A program made the position numbers and the translations under genes. A stretch of DNA of 43,507 bases from a virus. Taxonomy: Duplodnaviria; Caudoviricetes. The stretch's first letter is position 1, and the number at the start of each line of letters is the position of its first letter. Below the pieces are notes generated by a model that worked only from the letters and a program-made list of their open reading frames with translations, did not search any database and was not told the DNA's origin. Of this stretch, positions 1 through 10,748 are shown one piece after another. The stretch spans positions 1 to 43,507 of IMG/VR virus record IMGVR_UViG_3300046738_000007; one strand, given 5' to 3'.

Positions 1-2
1 CG

Positions 3-170
3 ACCGACCTGGTAATGGCGCTTTGGTTCGCTGAGCTGGGAGTGCGACAATACCTGCTTGGGGCACGATTCGAGCAGACGCATATGCGGTCTCGATACAC
101 CACGCGTGCCGGGCGACGCTCACAAACCGTCGTGGACATTAACGAACTTATGCATACAGGGGCCGCATAG
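3..170 (+). CDS. terminase large subunit, C-terminal fragment (partial)
   Basis: Open frame from the window start reads TDLVMALWFAELGVRQYL...GAA*. The D-x-V-M-A-L-W-F motif is typical of the end of the terminase nuclease domain, and the stop overlaps the portal start. Confidence 0.75.
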   Translation, partial: TDLVMALWFAELGVRQYLLGARFEQTHMRSRYTTRAGRRSQTVVDINELMHTGAA

Positions 171-2011
171 TGTCTCGTACTATCGAGGACATCGAGGCGC
201 GCAGGCGCTCACTCAAAGACCGGTATGTCAGCCGTGACAAGGCTATGGACATGGTCGCTATGGTTCGCCACGGCGACATCGACCGGCTGTTCCCAGACTT
301 CTTCTCCGACGACATCCCCAAGAGCGTGGTCGCCAACCTCGTGGACGTCGCCGCACGAGACCTGGCCGAGGTGATGGCGCCGCTGCCTAACCTTGCGTGC
401 TCGTCGGGGAACATGCGCACCGACGCCGAGCGCAAGCGTGCCGCGCTCAAGAACAAGATCGGGTACCACTACTGGGAAAACTCGATGCTCGAACGGCAGA
501 TGTTCGACTTCGCCGACTCGTACAACTCGTTTGGTTTCGCCGCGATGAAGGTGGAGCCCGACCTTAAGGGCCGCGCCCCGCGTATCCGTGTAGTCAACCC
601 GATCGGGGTGTACTATTCGCGTGACCGGTGGGGCCGCACTATCGAGTTTTGTAAGGAGCAGAACGCTACAGCCGGCGAGCTCGCGGCCTTCTATCCCGAG
701 TACCGCGGACAGTTGCTGAGTATGGGCGAAGGTAAGCGCAAGCGGGAAAACAACTCGTGGCTCACTCTCGTCGAATACAACGACTGCGACCGCACCGTCA
801 TCTATGTCCCCGAGTGCGCCAACCTGATCCTCGCCGAGGCGCCCAACCCTATCGGGTGTTGCCCTGTTGCGATTGTCGAACGGTTCGATCTCGGGCGTGT
901 TCCGCGAGGGCAGTTCGACGACGTCGTGTGGGTGCAGCTCGCACGTTCGCTGATGGCGCTGTATCAGCTTCAGGCCGCGGACAAGAGTATCAACGCGCCT
1001 ATCGCAATGCCTGACGACGTGACCGAAGTCAACATCGGGCCTGACGCAGTCCTGCGCACCCAGAACCCTCAGGCGATTCAGCGCGTCAAGCTCGATGTGC
1101 CTCGGGATTCGTGGATGCTGTCCGATCAACTCGACCGTGAAACGAAGATGGGCGCGCGTTATCCTGATGCTCGTACAGGTGGGGTAAAGGGAAGTATTAT
1201 CACCGGCCGCGGCGTCGAGGCGATGCTCGGCACGTTTGATACGCAAATCAAGACGGCTCAGGTATTGTTCAAAGAAGCGCTTGAGCACGCAACAAGTATG
1301 TGTTTCGAGATGGACGTGGCGTTGTGGCCGACCGCACGCAAGACAATCAACGGCTCGATGAGCGGCAAGTCGTTCGAAGTCATGTATGTCCCGGCCCGGG
1401 ATATCGGCGTCAACTACACGACTCAGGTCACCTATGGCTTTGCGGCAGGCATGACCCCGTCGCAAGCAATCGTCACGCTGTTGCAGCTCAGGGGCGACAG
1501 GCTAATTCAGCGGGACACGTTCCGCCGTGCGCTTCCCTTCGACGTTGACCCTGACGAAGAGCAGCGCGGGCTGGATGTCGAAGACATGGAAGAAGGATTG
1601 AAGCAGGGACTACTCGCCCTGATGCAGGGGATCGGTCCGATGATGGCGCAGGGAGGGGACGTGATGACCGTGCTTAAGGCTGCGTCTACCGCGATCAACC
1701 AGCGCCAAAAGGGTCGGCCGCTGCACGAAGCGATCACTGAAGCGTTCACCCCGGAAGAGAAGCCGGAGGAGGAGGCGCCGCCGGGCGCCCAGCCTGAGCA
1801 AGGTGGTGGGCCCCCTCAGCCCGGACAACCCGGCGGCGATCTTGAGGGTATCCAGTCCAACGGTCTACCGCAAGGCACAGCCCCCGGCCAGGCAGGTATG
1901 GGCCCAGGCGGCATGCCGTCGGTGATGTCGCTGATCGCGGAGATGAAGGGCAAGACCGGCAGCACGCCTAACCTTCAGGCAGGCATTATGAGGAAGATCC
2001 CGACCGGATGA
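170..2011 (+). CDS. portal protein
   Basis: 613 aa directly after terminase; RGQFDDVVWVQLAR and ITGRGVEA motifs as in actinophage podovirus-like portals; Pro/Gly/Gln-rich tail. Confidence 0.8.
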   Translation: MSRTIEDIEARRRSLKDRYVSRDKAMDMVAMVRHGDIDRLFPDFFSDDIPKSVVANLVDVAARDLAEVMAPLPNLACSSGNMRTDAERKRAALKNKIGYHYWENSMLERQMFDFADSYNSFGFAAMKVEPDLKGRAPRIRVVNPIGVYYSRDRWGRTIEFCKEQNATAGELAAFYPEYRGQLLSMGEGKRKRENNSWLTLVEYNDCDRTVIYVPECANLILAEAPNPIGCCPVAIVERFDLGRVPRGQFDDVVWVQLARSLMALYQLQAADKSINAPIAMPDDVTEVNIGPDAVLRTQNPQAIQRVKLDVPRDSWMLSDQLDRETKMGARYPDARTGGVKGSIITGRGVEAMLGTFDTQIKTAQVLFKEALEHATSMCFEMDVALWPTARKTINGSMSGKSFEVMYVPARDIGVNYTTQVTYGFAAGMTPSQAIVTLLQLRGDRLIQRDTFRRALPFDVDPDEEQRGLDVEDMEEGLKQGLLALMQGIGPMMAQGGDVMTVLKAASTAINQRQKGRPLHEAITEAFTPEEKPEEEAPPGAQPEQGGGPPQPGQPGGDLEGIQSNGLPQGTAPGQAGMGPGGMPSVMSLIAEMKGKTGSTPNLQAGIMRKIPTG

Positions 2012-2445
2012 CCGCACCAATCCCCACCCAGGTCTCAGGGCCGAACCAGCTCTCTAAGCGCACTGATGCCGGCCAGCCGCTGCGGCACATCGCCAACGCG
2101 AAGTACGGTGAAGACCGCGACTTTATCGCGCAGCAGAAGGCAGCACCGCTTGCTGATGGACCGGACCGGCCGCAGGGAGCAGGAGTCTCAAGCCTGTCCT
2201 CAGAACCCGCGGCCGGTCCACCGAGTGCAGGCATGGCGTCGCCTGCGCCGCCGATCGTACCCTTGTCCGCTCCCAGCCAGAATCCGGGTCAGCACGTCAC
2301 CACCGGCATGCAGACCGCAGGCCCCCGTCAGCGTCCCGAGTTGAAGCCTGACCAGCTCTCCCAGGCGCTCGCCCCGTACTTCGCCGCGGACGACACAGGC
2401 ACGCTCGGCTTCCTCGCCTGGCAGCTCGCCGAGATGGGGCTCTGA
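2008..2445 (+). CDS. hypothetical virion-associated protein
   Basis: 145 aa; ATGA overlap with portal; VSGPNQLSKRTD start; Pro-rich. Confidence 0.65.
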   Translation: MTAPIPTQVSGPNQLSKRTDAGQPLRHIANAKYGEDRDFIAQQKAAPLADGPDRPQGAGVSSLSSEPAAGPPSAGMASPAPPIVPLSAPSQNPGQHVTTGMQTAGPRQRPELKPDQLSQALAPYFAADDTGTLGFLAWQLAEMGL

Positions 2446-2486
2446 TGGCCAGCAACTACGTACTGGCCACGAGGGGTGAAGCCTGA
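2445..2486 (+). other. 42-nt hairpin / 13-aa mini-ORF cassette, copy 1 (MASNYVLATRGEA)
   Basis: TGATG stop-start overlaps at both ends; stem TGGCCAG/CTGGCCA with loop CAACTACGTA; second copy at 19196-19237. Confidence 0.7.
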
Positions 2487-5400
2487 TGGCGCCGTGGTGG
2501 TCCAAGATCACGCCAGACTATTACAAGAAGCCTTCCGGTCTGGGTGCGGCAGTGATGCCACGCGCACGCCAGATGGCAGCGGTGTATCACGACACTAGGC
2601 TCGGCGACCAGCCTGAGATCGCGGCGGCGTTTCTGAATGCGAACGTCCCGTACTCGGTGGCGCAGCGCGCAGACATCAAGACTCGGATCGCTAAGGCCCA
2701 GGCCACCCAGGCTATTCTCGCTGCGGGCGGTGTGCCCGACCAGGCCGACAAGGTCACTAAGCGGATTGTCGAAACCGAAAAGAAGCAGTACCAGATCACC
2801 GCGATGCGCAGGTATCTGGAAGAGAACGCGAGCGGTCTGCTCCCCGCCGCGTTCGACACCGTGCAAGAAGGCAGCCGGTCTAGCGTCAAGGGTCTCGGCT
2901 CGGCGCTCAACGCTGCGTACTCTGTGTTGACGGTTCCTGCCGCACTCTGGCGCGCTAACCAGGGCCCGGCTGATAACGCGGTCGGTAAGGTCGCTACTAC
3001 CGGACTCCGCGCAGTCAACGAGTCTGAGCGTGAAGGCTACGGCCCGTTCCAGTTTATGCCCGATATCAACAACCTGGTTGCTGATCTTGCCGGCGTCGCA
3101 ATCCCCGGCGCGCTAGGCGTGGGCCGCTACCTGGGCGCAGTCCCGCTCACGGGTACGCAGCAAGAAGACATGACGAAGCAGGGTTACGACCCTAACGACT
3201 TCTTCTCTCGGTACGCCTGGTATTACGACGGCCAGCAGGCAGGCCAGCGCGCGGTAGCTGACCAGGATGTCGCCTCCTTCTCCAAGGAGTACGGCGCTGA
3301 GAGCGCGCAAGCAGTACGCGAGATCTTGACGTCTAACGCGCTGAACGAAGGCAAGTTCGAGGGACTGAGTCCTAACGCGCAAGCTTTCATCGCTAAGGTT
3401 CAGACCGGCGACCAGCGCGCCAACGAAGTGTTCGAGCGCATGTCTAAGTCGGCTACGCTCCACCCCGGCTCAGTGATCGCTGACGTGTTTCAGATGGAAC
3501 GGGGTACTACGTCCGCGGCTGTCGTGTCAGTGCTTGGTGACCTGGCGCTGTACTGGATGGCAGACCCGGTGATGCTTGGCGTCAAGGCTGCCAGCTTTGG
3601 CCGGGCACTACATCGCTCGGTTCCCGCAGGAGATATCGCCGCGGGTGAGGCGAAGCTGCTTGCGCTCAAGGTGCCTGGCGAGATCGGGTCTGGTCCTGCC
3701 ACGTACGCCGGCTCTGCGATCGACGAGGTTATCGACGTCGCCGACATGATGAACATTGCGGAGTTCGGCGCCAAGGGTTTGTCGCGCGAGCAGGCAATCA
3801 ACTTTGAGAAGGCGCTGACCAACAAGATTGACCGGTTCAGGATCCGCCATCCTGACCTGATGAACCAGCTTGGCCCTGTCGCAAACATCTTGTCGGGCAA
3901 GCTGGACTTTATGTACGTTAAGTCTCAGGCTGAGATCGAGCTGGCTGCAACGCGGCTGTCGCGGGGGGAAAAGGTTGATCCGTACCTGCGGGTAAATCTC
4001 GGCGGGGCGAAGACTAGTCGGGCGCTCGCTCGTGACCTTGACGGCAAGGCGTCGCAGGCATCGCTGGACATGGCTCGCGGCGAGATCGTCAAGCGCCTCA
4101 GTACCTACATCTGGGGCGAAGCTATCGCTACCGGCCGGCCGATCATCAAGGGTCGGGTTCTGATGCCTGGCGAGGTGATGATCAACCGCGCTGTCCGCGG
4201 AGCTATCGCGCCGTATCGCAACGCACTACTCGGCCGAGGCACCCTGAAGCAGGCGTGGGATCAGACCAACGGGCTAGTGGTCCACTTCTCCGGCGACTTC
4301 GGTCGAGCAACCGACAACTTTATCGGCTCTCGCGCAGGCGACTGGACGAAGGTTCACTACACCACGAAGTGGGGCCCGACGTTCGAAAAGATCGTCAGCC
4401 GGTTTGATATGACGTTCTCGAACAAGCACCTCTCGTGGTCTGGCGCTGACGGTACCGAGGTGTTCCGCCGGTTCGCTATCACCTACTTTCCCCGACACAT
4501 GGCGTACGTCGCCTTGACTAAGTGGGCTACCGGTGGGCCGAATGAGCGCAAGGCGTTGTGGGAGCAGTTCGCCGAAGGCATGGCGCAGGCAGCGAACTTC
4601 AAGTCCAACCCGATCGCCGCGGCGGTCACCGATGTTTTGACCAAGGGTGCTTTGCCCCGGCTGCTCGCTGGCCAGAACGGCAACTACGCGCGGTCGGGAC
4701 CCAACGAAGCGTACGCTGCTAATGCTGCCGACAACACGATCAAGGCCGGCAACGATGACCTCGCTGCGGGTATCTGGGGCTACCAGATGGCGGACGGTGT
4801 CACTCTGCCGTCTATGCGCCTGATCAACGCCTACCAAAAGCGTGTCGGTCTACTGTCTGCGATTACCGGGTTTTTCAACTCGCGGATGATCTCGACGCTG
4901 ACCGCTATTTGGAAGGTCGGCAAAGTCGGCAACCCGGCCAACATGTTCCGCCAGACCGCCGAGCTTTACGCTATGGCCGCGGGCGAGCAGGGTCTCAAGT
5001 TCCTTCGCGAGGTCCGTCGCGCACGTAAGTTCGTCCTCGCTGAAAACCTGACCGCTAAGGCGGGAAGCCACGACCTCAGCCGCGCGGCCAACAAGGTTCA
5101 CGACAATGCGTACGTCCAGGATATCCGTGCGCTGGAAACGTTTGCGAAGCGGGGCGACTGGTTCACGTATCGACAGACGATCGCGCGCATGGCCCTAGCT
5201 AACGGCGCCAACCAGCGCGAGGCCCAGGCGCTGGCTAACCTCGCTGACGGCGTCAAGTTCGAGGATCTTGTCAAGGCTGGTGCGGGTGGTCGAGCCGGCC
5301 TCGCGCTCGCTGGCCCTATCGACATGTTCCGGCGTGCGCGGGTCGAATGGCTGAAGCGTACCGGCGGGAAGACCCCGTCCAGCTCCACGTGGGAAGTCTG

Positions 5401-8014
5401 GATCAGCAAGGACTTTCAGCAGAACGTGCAAGCCGGGTCGGTGTCTGATCTCGGCGACGCGGCCAGCTCGGCACTACAGCTCGGTAGCGCACGCAACGCC
5501 GCAACAGATATGGCTAGCGTAGCCGCCAGGTCGATCGGTGGACGCCGTCCGATCATTCCGAACTCGCGCGACTGGATGGGCGCAGCCGGCGACTCGGGTG
5601 CACAAAACTGGTTCCGCGAGCTTGACGCACGAATGACCGATCCTGCTGGTGGCGGTGACGTTCTGCGCGCGGTAGCGATCGAGGCCCGGCAGACCGGCAG
5701 TGCAAGCGCTGCGCAGGTTCTCAATCAGCCGCACAACATGGCAGCCCGCGGCGTCACGCATTCGTACCCGCCTGGCGTCAACACGGCCGAAGAGATCGCC
5801 GAATACATTATCCGGCACGACCCGCGCGGGGAACTGTTGCGCACGAACGCGATGCGCCTCGCGTACGAGAACGGCTCTCGGGTTACTACTGCTGCCCAGT
5901 TGGACACTGCTGTCGGGGAGCTTGTGCAGGTTCAGCTTCGCGAGGCAGCGCGACACCTGGGCGGCAGGTTCGACAACGCCTCTGGCAAGTTTGTGTACGA
6001 CGCCGCGTACGGGCCCAACCTGGACAAGATCGCGAAGGGTGGCCACCTGCGGCTGGAGGATCTGTCCAAGATCAAGAGCAACCTGCGCCCGGAGTCGCTG
6101 TCCACCCCGATTTTCGTGCCGCGGCTGGTCGAGCCGTCCAAGGAAAAGATCGCCGACATGGCGAGCAAGTTGTACGGGTTTACTGTGGCTCATCCGCTAC
6201 AGAGACTGGCGATCAACCCGACGTACATCGCGAACCGCACTATCGCGTACCGCGAGCTTGCCCCGGCTGCCGATGCTCTGATCGCGCGTGGGCTCAAGCC
6301 GGAACAGGCCGGCGCGTTCCTCGAACTGCAAGCCAACCGGTACGCGGTCAACACCACGTTCCGCTACACAGACAACTCGTTCGAGCAGTCGTTTTTCTCC
6401 GAGCTGACTGATAATTTCCTGATGTTCCAGCGCGCGGCCGAAGACTTTATTCGCCGGTTTATGATGGTGACCAAGGCCAACCCGGCAATCCTGTCCAAGG
6501 CGTATCTCCTGATGGAGGCAGCGCAGCACTCCGGCGTCATCTACCCGAACGCTGACAAGGACGGCGAAGGCAACCCGGATCCGCACCTTGTCTTCACGTT
6601 CCCCGGCTCGGGCATCATGGCGCAAGCTATCGCCGAGGGTGGTCGCGCACTCGGGTTTGGCGACACCGACCTGATCAAGACCGCGCTGTACTCCAGCATG
6701 TCCAGTCAGTTGCGGTTCATCAACCCGTCGTTGTCCAACCCGTTCGGGTTCTCGACTACACCAATGATCGGTATGCCGATGCGTATCGTCCGGTCGTGGT
6801 TCCCCGAGACGTACCGGCCTATCACCGAAACGCTGGCGCGTATCGAGGGTGGCGGCGAGGAGTTCTTCGCAGAGCAGAACGTCGTGCAGTCGATCCTGCC
6901 TACCCCGCTTGCTCGGCTGCTGCCGGCTATCACGCAAAACGATCAGGATGGCCAGCTCGCATCAGCGATCCGCAACGCACTCGTGTACTTCACTGCGAGC
7001 GGGAACATGCCCGGCCCGGACGCAACCGCAGATGAGATCGAGGAAGCTAACGACGCGGTCCGGACCCAGGCTACCAACCAGATCATCTGGCGCGCGATTA
7101 TCGGGTCGTTCTCGCCGTGGTCCCCTGCGTACAACGCGCCGTTGGGTCTCGACCTGCCCGAGGTCAACGCGGTCGATCAAGCGCGGGGTATCAACTCGCT
7201 GCGCTCCGAGTGGTTCGAGATCCTGTCTCAGCAGTCCGAGAAGTACGCTGGGTACGAAGGGTTCGCGCACGCGCTCACAGAATGGGGCACTCGGTACCCG
7301 CACGGTAAGAGCATCCTCAACCCCGAGGCGTTTGTTGTCGGGACTACGCGCGCACCCGGGACTGCCGAGGGTGCCGGCTCGTTCAACTCTGGTCCCCGGC
7401 TTACCGAATGGCTGATGGCCAACAAGGAGTGGGTCAGGTCCAACGCCGCGGTTGCGTACTACTTGCTGCCGCAGTTCGCCGAGGACAACTTTTCCGCTGC
7501 GGGTATGCGTGAGCAGCTTATCAACGAGGTTCGCGAACACAAAGACTCGACTGAGTTTTACCGTGACTTGCGTCAGCGTGTCGGTGAGCGCGAATGGTGG
7601 GATCGGTACAAGCAGCGCAACGCCGAGCTTGCCCGGGGCAACAGGCCCGCTACTGCGGTGTACCGCGACTTCTCCGAATGGGAAGCAGGTTGGCGTACCG
7701 CGCACCCGGCTACCGCCGCAGAGATGGACCGCAAGCAAGACCCGAACACTACCCACTCTGTGGTTGCACCGGCGCTCGGCCGGCTTGTCGAATCGGGGCA
7801 GGCCCCCGCTGACGTGAACCTCGATCTCGCCCGCCAGGTTTGGGAGCATTACCGCGAGTACCGCGATAGGTACAATAAGACCGTTACCGGCGATAAGGGC
7901 CTGTACGACCGCCGCGGCCTCAACAAGAAGTACCGCGAAGATGGGGACCAGCTTTTCCTGGGCACGCCCGCTGAGGAGCTTTGGAACGCTATGAATGTTT
8001 ACGAGGGTGACTAA
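2486..8014 (+). CDS. very large internal virion / DNA ejection protein
   Basis: 1842 aa, Ala-rich and helical-looking, in the virion operon; size fits podovirus ejection proteins; no tape-measure context. Confidence 0.6.
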   Translation: MAPWWSKITPDYYKKPSGLGAAVMPRARQMAAVYHDTRLGDQPEIAAAFLNANVPYSVAQRADIKTRIAKAQATQAILAAGGVPDQADKVTKRIVETEKKQYQITAMRRYLEENASGLLPAAFDTVQEGSRSSVKGLGSALNAAYSVLTVPAALWRANQGPADNAVGKVATTGLRAVNESEREGYGPFQFMPDINNLVADLAGVAIPGALGVGRYLGAVPLTGTQQEDMTKQGYDPNDFFSRYAWYYDGQQAGQRAVADQDVASFSKEYGAESAQAVREILTSNALNEGKFEGLSPNAQAFIAKVQTGDQRANEVFERMSKSATLHPGSVIADVFQMERGTTSAAVVSVLGDLALYWMADPVMLGVKAASFGRALHRSVPAGDIAAGEAKLLALKVPGEIGSGPATYAGSAIDEVIDVADMMNIAEFGAKGLSREQAINFEKALTNKIDRFRIRHPDLMNQLGPVANILSGKLDFMYVKSQAEIELAATRLSRGEKVDPYLRVNLGGAKTSRALARDLDGKASQASLDMARGEIVKRLSTYIWGEAIATGRPIIKGRVLMPGEVMINRAVRGAIAPYRNALLGRGTLKQAWDQTNGLVVHFSGDFGRATDNFIGSRAGDWTKVHYTTKWGPTFEKIVSRFDMTFSNKHLSWSGADGTEVFRRFAITYFPRHMAYVALTKWATGGPNERKALWEQFAEGMAQAANFKSNPIAAAVTDVLTKGALPRLLAGQNGNYARSGPNEAYAANAADNTIKAGNDDLAAGIWGYQMADGVTLPSMRLINAYQKRVGLLSAITGFFNSRMISTLTAIWKVGKVGNPANMFRQTAELYAMAAGEQGLKFLREVRRARKFVLAENLTAKAGSHDLSRAANKVHDNAYVQDIRALETFAKRGDWFTYRQTIARMALANGANQREAQALANLADGVKFEDLVKAGAGGRAGLALAGPIDMFRRARVEWLKRTGGKTPSSSTWEVWISKDFQQNVQAGSVSDLGDAASSALQLGSARNAATDMASVAARSIGGRRPIIPNSRDWMGAAGDSGAQNWFRELDARMTDPAGGGDVLRAVAIEARQTGSASAAQVLNQPHNMAARGVTHSYPPGVNTAEEIAEYIIRHDPRGELLRTNAMRLAYENGSRVTTAAQLDTAVGELVQVQLREAARHLGGRFDNASGKFVYDAAYGPNLDKIAKGGHLRLEDLSKIKSNLRPESLSTPIFVPRLVEPSKEKIADMASKLYGFTVAHPLQRLAINPTYIANRTIAYRELAPAADALIARGLKPEQAGAFLELQANRYAVNTTFRYTDNSFEQSFFSELTDNFLMFQRAAEDFIRRFMMVTKANPAILSKAYLLMEAAQHSGVIYPNADKDGEGNPDPHLVFTFPGSGIMAQAIAEGGRALGFGDTDLIKTALYSSMSSQLRFINPSLSNPFGFSTTPMIGMPMRIVRSWFPETYRPITETLARIEGGGEEFFAEQNVVQSILPTPLARLLPAITQNDQDGQLASAIRNALVYFTASGNMPGPDATADEIEEANDAVRTQATNQIIWRAIIGSFSPWSPAYNAPLGLDLPEVNAVDQARGINSLRSEWFEILSQQSEKYAGYEGFAHALTEWGTRYPHGKSILNPEAFVVGTTRAPGTAEGAGSFNSGPRLTEWLMANKEWVRSNAAVAYYLLPQFAEDNFSAAGMREQLINEVREHKDSTEFYRDLRQRVGEREWWDRYKQRNAELARGNRPATAVYRDFSEWEAGWRTAHPATAAEMDRKQDPNTTHSVVAPALGRLVESGQAPADVNLDLARQVWEHYREYRDRYNKTVTGDKGLYDRRGLNKKYREDGDQLFLGTPAEELWNAMNVYEGD

Positions 8015-9621
8015 TGCCTGTTGATACTTTCGGCTGGGCGAAGCGCGCCGCGGCAGGGATGAGTCTCGGCAAGTACGTCAAGAAGCAGCCGAAGGCGTTT
8101 ATCCCCAAGGCGCCCGCTGCACGTCGTATGCCCAGCCAGGCCCAGTTCCAAGCGTCCAAGCCGATCCCCCCGCCTAACGCGCAGTTTATGGGCGGGCGAG
8201 CCTATCAGGCGCCGTCGCAGTTCAAGCTGGCGAGTGAGATGCTGCTCGGTCCCGGCGACCGTGGCGAGACGAAGATCCCGAAGCCGATCCCGGATCAGGT
8301 TACTGACGCCAACTCTTCGGGTGGCGGGTTTACGTCCAGCGGCACCAAGAAGCAGGATCGATCCGGGTGGCTCACCCCGAACGCGCCACCAGTTCCCGGC
8401 GCCCCGCCCGCACCTGTCCCCGGCCCGCCTGTCGACGAGGCCACCAAGCTTGTTCAGGAAGCGACCGGGCTCGGCGGTGCGTTCGGCAAGGTCAAGAAGG
8501 TTGCCGGCCAGATCGGGTGGCGTGACGACGACAACGACCCTTCGGACGAGCACCTCAACGAGGTCAAGACCCAGGTCGAGTACGCGCTACGCGACAACAC
8601 GTGGTCGGTCGAGGACCGTGTACGCATCGCGCAAAAGTACCGGGAGTTTGTGTTCCGGTATCAGAACGGCGACGAATCCCTGCGCGACATCAACAACGCC
8701 GCAATCATCTCCGAGTACCGCGGATACCTCAAGCAGGCTAAGGAGCGGCAGCTCGACAAGGCTGGTGAAGACGTCGCGACTGTTCCCGACGGGGATCCGT
8801 ACCACACCTACGAGGGGCCACTGTTCGGCAACACCGCCGACTTTTACGGTCTGGGGATTATTATCTCCCAAGACGAGCTAGGCTTTTACCACCTGAAGAA
8901 CCAGGCTGATGTCGTCAAGGAAGTAAAGGGCACAGTCAAGGGCAACCCGGCCGACGCGGCTGCACTGATCCAGCGGCTCGCAGCAGCAGGGTATTACGGC
9001 GGCGCGGTCGCGAAGTTCGTTCCGCAAAACATTGTGTTCGACGCACAAGGCAACCCGATCGCCGCACGCTGGACTGTCGACGACGACAGGGCGCTCAAGG
9101 CCTTCTTGCAGGACGTCTCCGTTATCCAGGCTACGGACCAGCGCGCGTGGGACGAGATCCTGGACGAGCAGGCTATGCAGGCGGACGAGCTGGCCGATAG
9201 CGGTATGGGTGCGACTGTGCCGGGCGAGGGGGGCGGGGGTGGTGGCGGCTACAGCAGGGGTGGCTACGGGGGCGGCGGAGGCTACGGCGGTGGTGCACAG
9301 TCCGGCGTGTCATTCACCGACGCTAACGAACTTAAGCAGCTGATCAACGGTGCCGCCCGCGCACGCCTCGGATACATCCTTCCCGAAGAAGCTGTTGCAC
9401 AATTCATCTCCGAGTATCATCGGGCCGAAGCGGAGTTTGTGAATGCTCGCATGACGGGCGGGTCGGGTATGCAGCTTGATCCGGAGTCTCGCGCGTACGC
9501 GTTCATCGAAGCCCACTTTCGTAACGAGATGGGCGCGCAAGCCGGAAACAACTTTATCCAGGAGCTGACCGCTTTCTTGATGGGCGGCGGCATGTCTTCT
9601 GGTGCGATTGGTAGCTCGTGA
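8014..9621 (+). CDS. putative internal virion protein
   Basis: 535 aa; TAATG-coupled; Pro-rich N-terminus and a Gly-rich GGGGY segment. Confidence 0.55.
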   Translation: MPVDTFGWAKRAAAGMSLGKYVKKQPKAFIPKAPAARRMPSQAQFQASKPIPPPNAQFMGGRAYQAPSQFKLASEMLLGPGDRGETKIPKPIPDQVTDANSSGGGFTSSGTKKQDRSGWLTPNAPPVPGAPPAPVPGPPVDEATKLVQEATGLGGAFGKVKKVAGQIGWRDDDNDPSDEHLNEVKTQVEYALRDNTWSVEDRVRIAQKYREFVFRYQNGDESLRDINNAAIISEYRGYLKQAKERQLDKAGEDVATVPDGDPYHTYEGPLFGNTADFYGLGIIISQDELGFYHLKNQADVVKEVKGTVKGNPADAAALIQRLAAAGYYGGAVAKFVPQNIVFDAQGNPIAARWTVDDDRALKAFLQDVSVIQATDQRAWDEILDEQAMQADELADSGMGATVPGEGGGGGGGYSRGGYGGGGGYGGGAQSGVSFTDANELKQLINGAARARLGYILPEEAVAQFISEYHRAEAEFVNARMTGGSGMQLDPESRAYAFIEAHFRNEMGAQAGNNFIQELTAFLMGGGMSSGAIGSS

Positions 9622-10748
9622 ATACGCTTAAGCAGGGCGCTAAGGGCGAAGAGGTCAAGCAGCTACAAACCGCGCTTGGCGTAACTCCTGACGGCAACTT
9701 CGGCCCGGCTACCGCGGCGGCTTTGCGTGCGTACCAGTCCGCGCACGGACTGACCCCGGACGGTATCGCTGGCCCGCAGACGTGGGGCGCAATCCAGGGT
9801 GCGCCTGCTGCCGCGCCTGCTGGTGGTCTCGCCCCTGGCGCTACTGGCCCGCTCGACCCCGAGGTGATCAAGGCGAGCTTCGGGTTTGTTGGCGCGCTAG
9901 CCGGCGCGGTGCCCGAGCTGAAGGAACTGCTCAACCAGGCGATCCAAGGCCAGTGGACCAACGACCGGTTTATTATGGCGGTGTCCGGCTCGGGCTGGTA
10001 CCGGGCCAACTCGGATCGTGCCCGCGAATGGATCACGCTACAAGCTGTCGACCCCGAGACTGCACGGCAGAACCAGATCCGCGCAGCCGGCGAAGTCTGG
10101 ACTTTCGGTCACGCGCAGGGAATCGAACTCACAGACGACCAGGCGTGGGAAGCGTCGTTGTGGAAGATGTTTAACCCTGGCGTCAGCGAGGACATGCTGC
10201 GCGTCCACCTCGCGCGCACGTACTTTAATCCCACGCAAGACTGGAACAAGTTGACCGGAGTAGCCGCACAATACGCCCGGCAGATCCAGGAGATCGGGCG
10301 CAACTACGGCTGGGACGACTGGGAAAACTACGACCAGTCACGCGACATGCTGGGCAAGATGATGCGCGGCGAACTAGACGTCGAAGGATTTCAGCGGCGT
10401 ATGGTCGACAACGCTAAGGTTTTGTACCCGGGCTTGCACGACCAGTTGCTTTCCGGCATGACGCTTAAGCAGATCGCCGAGCCGTACATGGCGAAGTACT
10501 CAAACATTCTTGAGCAGCCGCAAACCGCGATCAACTGGTACGACGACAAGCTGATCCAGGGCGCGATGCAGTACCGACCCGAGACAGGCTCCGGTAAGGG
10601 TGTCGAGTCTAACGGCGCTATGCCGATGGGTCAGTTTGAGGAGAAGCTGCGGGAAGACCCGCGGTGGCGCAAGACCAAAAACGCTGTTGATTCGACTGGT
10701 GCTCTTATTCAGCAAATCGGCAAGGATTGGGGGTATGTCGGACAGTGA
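9618..10748 (+). CDS. peptidoglycan-binding-domain virion protein
   Basis: N-terminal PG_binding_1 signature LKQGAKGEEVKQLQTALG...DGNFGPAT...YQSAHGLTPDGIAGPQTW. Confidence 0.75.
   Translation: MNTLKQGAKGEEVKQLQTALGVTPDGNFGPATAAALRAYQSAHGLTPDGIAGPQTWGAIQGAPAAAPAGGLAPGATGPLDPEVIKASFGFVGALAGAVPELKELLNQAIQGQWTNDRFIMAVSGSGWYRANSDRAREWITLQAVDPETARQNQIRAAGEVWTFGHAQGIELTDDQAWEASLWKMFNPGVSEDMLRVHLARTYFNPTQDWNKLTGVAAQYARQIQEIGRNYGWDDWENYDQSRDMLGKMMRGELDVEGFQRRMVDNAKVLYPGLHDQLLSGMTLKQIAEPYMAKYSNILEQPQTAINWYDDKLIQGAMQYRPETGSGKGVESNGAMPMGQFEEKLREDPRWRKTKNAVDSTGALIQQIGKDWGYVGQ

Noticed and set aside
9229-9295. G-rich repeat
   Set aside because: It is explained by a Gly-rich linker in the encoded protein.
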